A stretch of DNA of 63,317 nt, counting the filler, from Octopus bimaculoides (lineage: Eukaryota): the NCBI RefSeq assembly GCF_001194135.2. It is 6 parts of 6 records of this genome, joined end to end, with 100 filler letters (N's around TTAATTAATTAA, not from the genome) between each part and the next. Parts side by side here need not be neighbours in the genome. Positions count along the whole stretch, not along the records: positions 61,687 to 63,317 come from NW_026361962.1; 5 more parts are not named here. One strand, 5' to 3'. The notes beneath the pieces were generated by a model, which worked only from the letters and a program-made list of their open reading frames with translations, was not told the DNA's origin and made no database searches. The position numbers and the translations under genes were made by a program. This document shows, piece after piece, positions 62,761 to 63,317 of the stretch (the stretch's first letter is position 1; each line of letters begins with the position of its first letter).

Positions 62761-63317
62761 CATCTATATAACCTTTGAGTTCAAAATTGACACTATTCAG
62801 GGTTCTTGTATTGAAGGATCCCCATGTATGTATGTATATATATACCTCTCTCTTCTATATGTATATATATTTGTGTATGTATAAATTAAAAAAACAAACC
62901 CAATTTCGGCTGCATAGAGTGCTGAACAATGCAGTGAAATGTGCATATGCTACAAAAAACAACAATCAAATGTCTTATAATAGAAATGTTTCGGAAATCC
63001 TATATGCAATTGCGCCATGTACATCTTTAAAGCGCAACTATCACTTCGAAACCGTCGATTGGTTTACGTCGAAGAGGTCTAACAGCTCGGCAAAAAGCGA
63101 CCGATGGAGTAAGTGCTAAGCTTTGAAAAATAAGTCNNNNNNNNNNAGTAAGTGCTAAGCTTTGAAAAATAAGTCATGTGATTTCTTTTGATTAAAGTAG
63201 TTTACGAAAGCACATATAAAGAAATTTAATGAAGTACATTAGATAATTAGTAGAGAGATGCTATTAATATGGTTAGTGTGATTAAATCTTTCTATACGTG
63301 ACTCCCTCTCTCTTTAC

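Overview
AT-rich, microsatellite-dense eukaryotic draft-assembly window with many N gaps. The repeat families and gene structure point to a cephalopod, probably Octopus (inferred from repeat recognition, not from a search). One multi-exon protein-coding gene is well supported: a SAAL1 (serum amyloid A-like 1) homolog on the + strand. Eleven to twelve coding exons lie between 748 and 17938 with mutually compatible splice phases, and the start codon lies upstream of the window. The rest is mostly transposon debris: tRNA-derived SINEs (some with a CORE-like domain), a (GAT)n-tailed retroposon, mariner, Tc1 and DD37D remnants, two hAT remnants, Tx1/L1 fragments, and piggyBac-like and mariner MITEs. 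Satellites, palindromes and microsatellites fill the remainder. There are tentative exons of a second, minus-strand gene near 32.5 kb and 38.2 kb. I found no convincing previously undescribed biological system. The clearest surprise is technical: an Illumina adapter followed by a spliced cDNA junction is assembled into the SAAL1 locus, alongside a falsely duplicated SINE and five artificial N44-TTAATTAATTAA-N44 spacers. The best biological leads are long intronic hairpins and inverted retroposon pairs (possible ADAR or circRNA substrates), a satellite forming from a retroposon body, a hAT/Tx1/hAT fusion, and a possible alternative SAAL1 C-terminus. TE boundaries are approximate unless a TSD or TIR is given.
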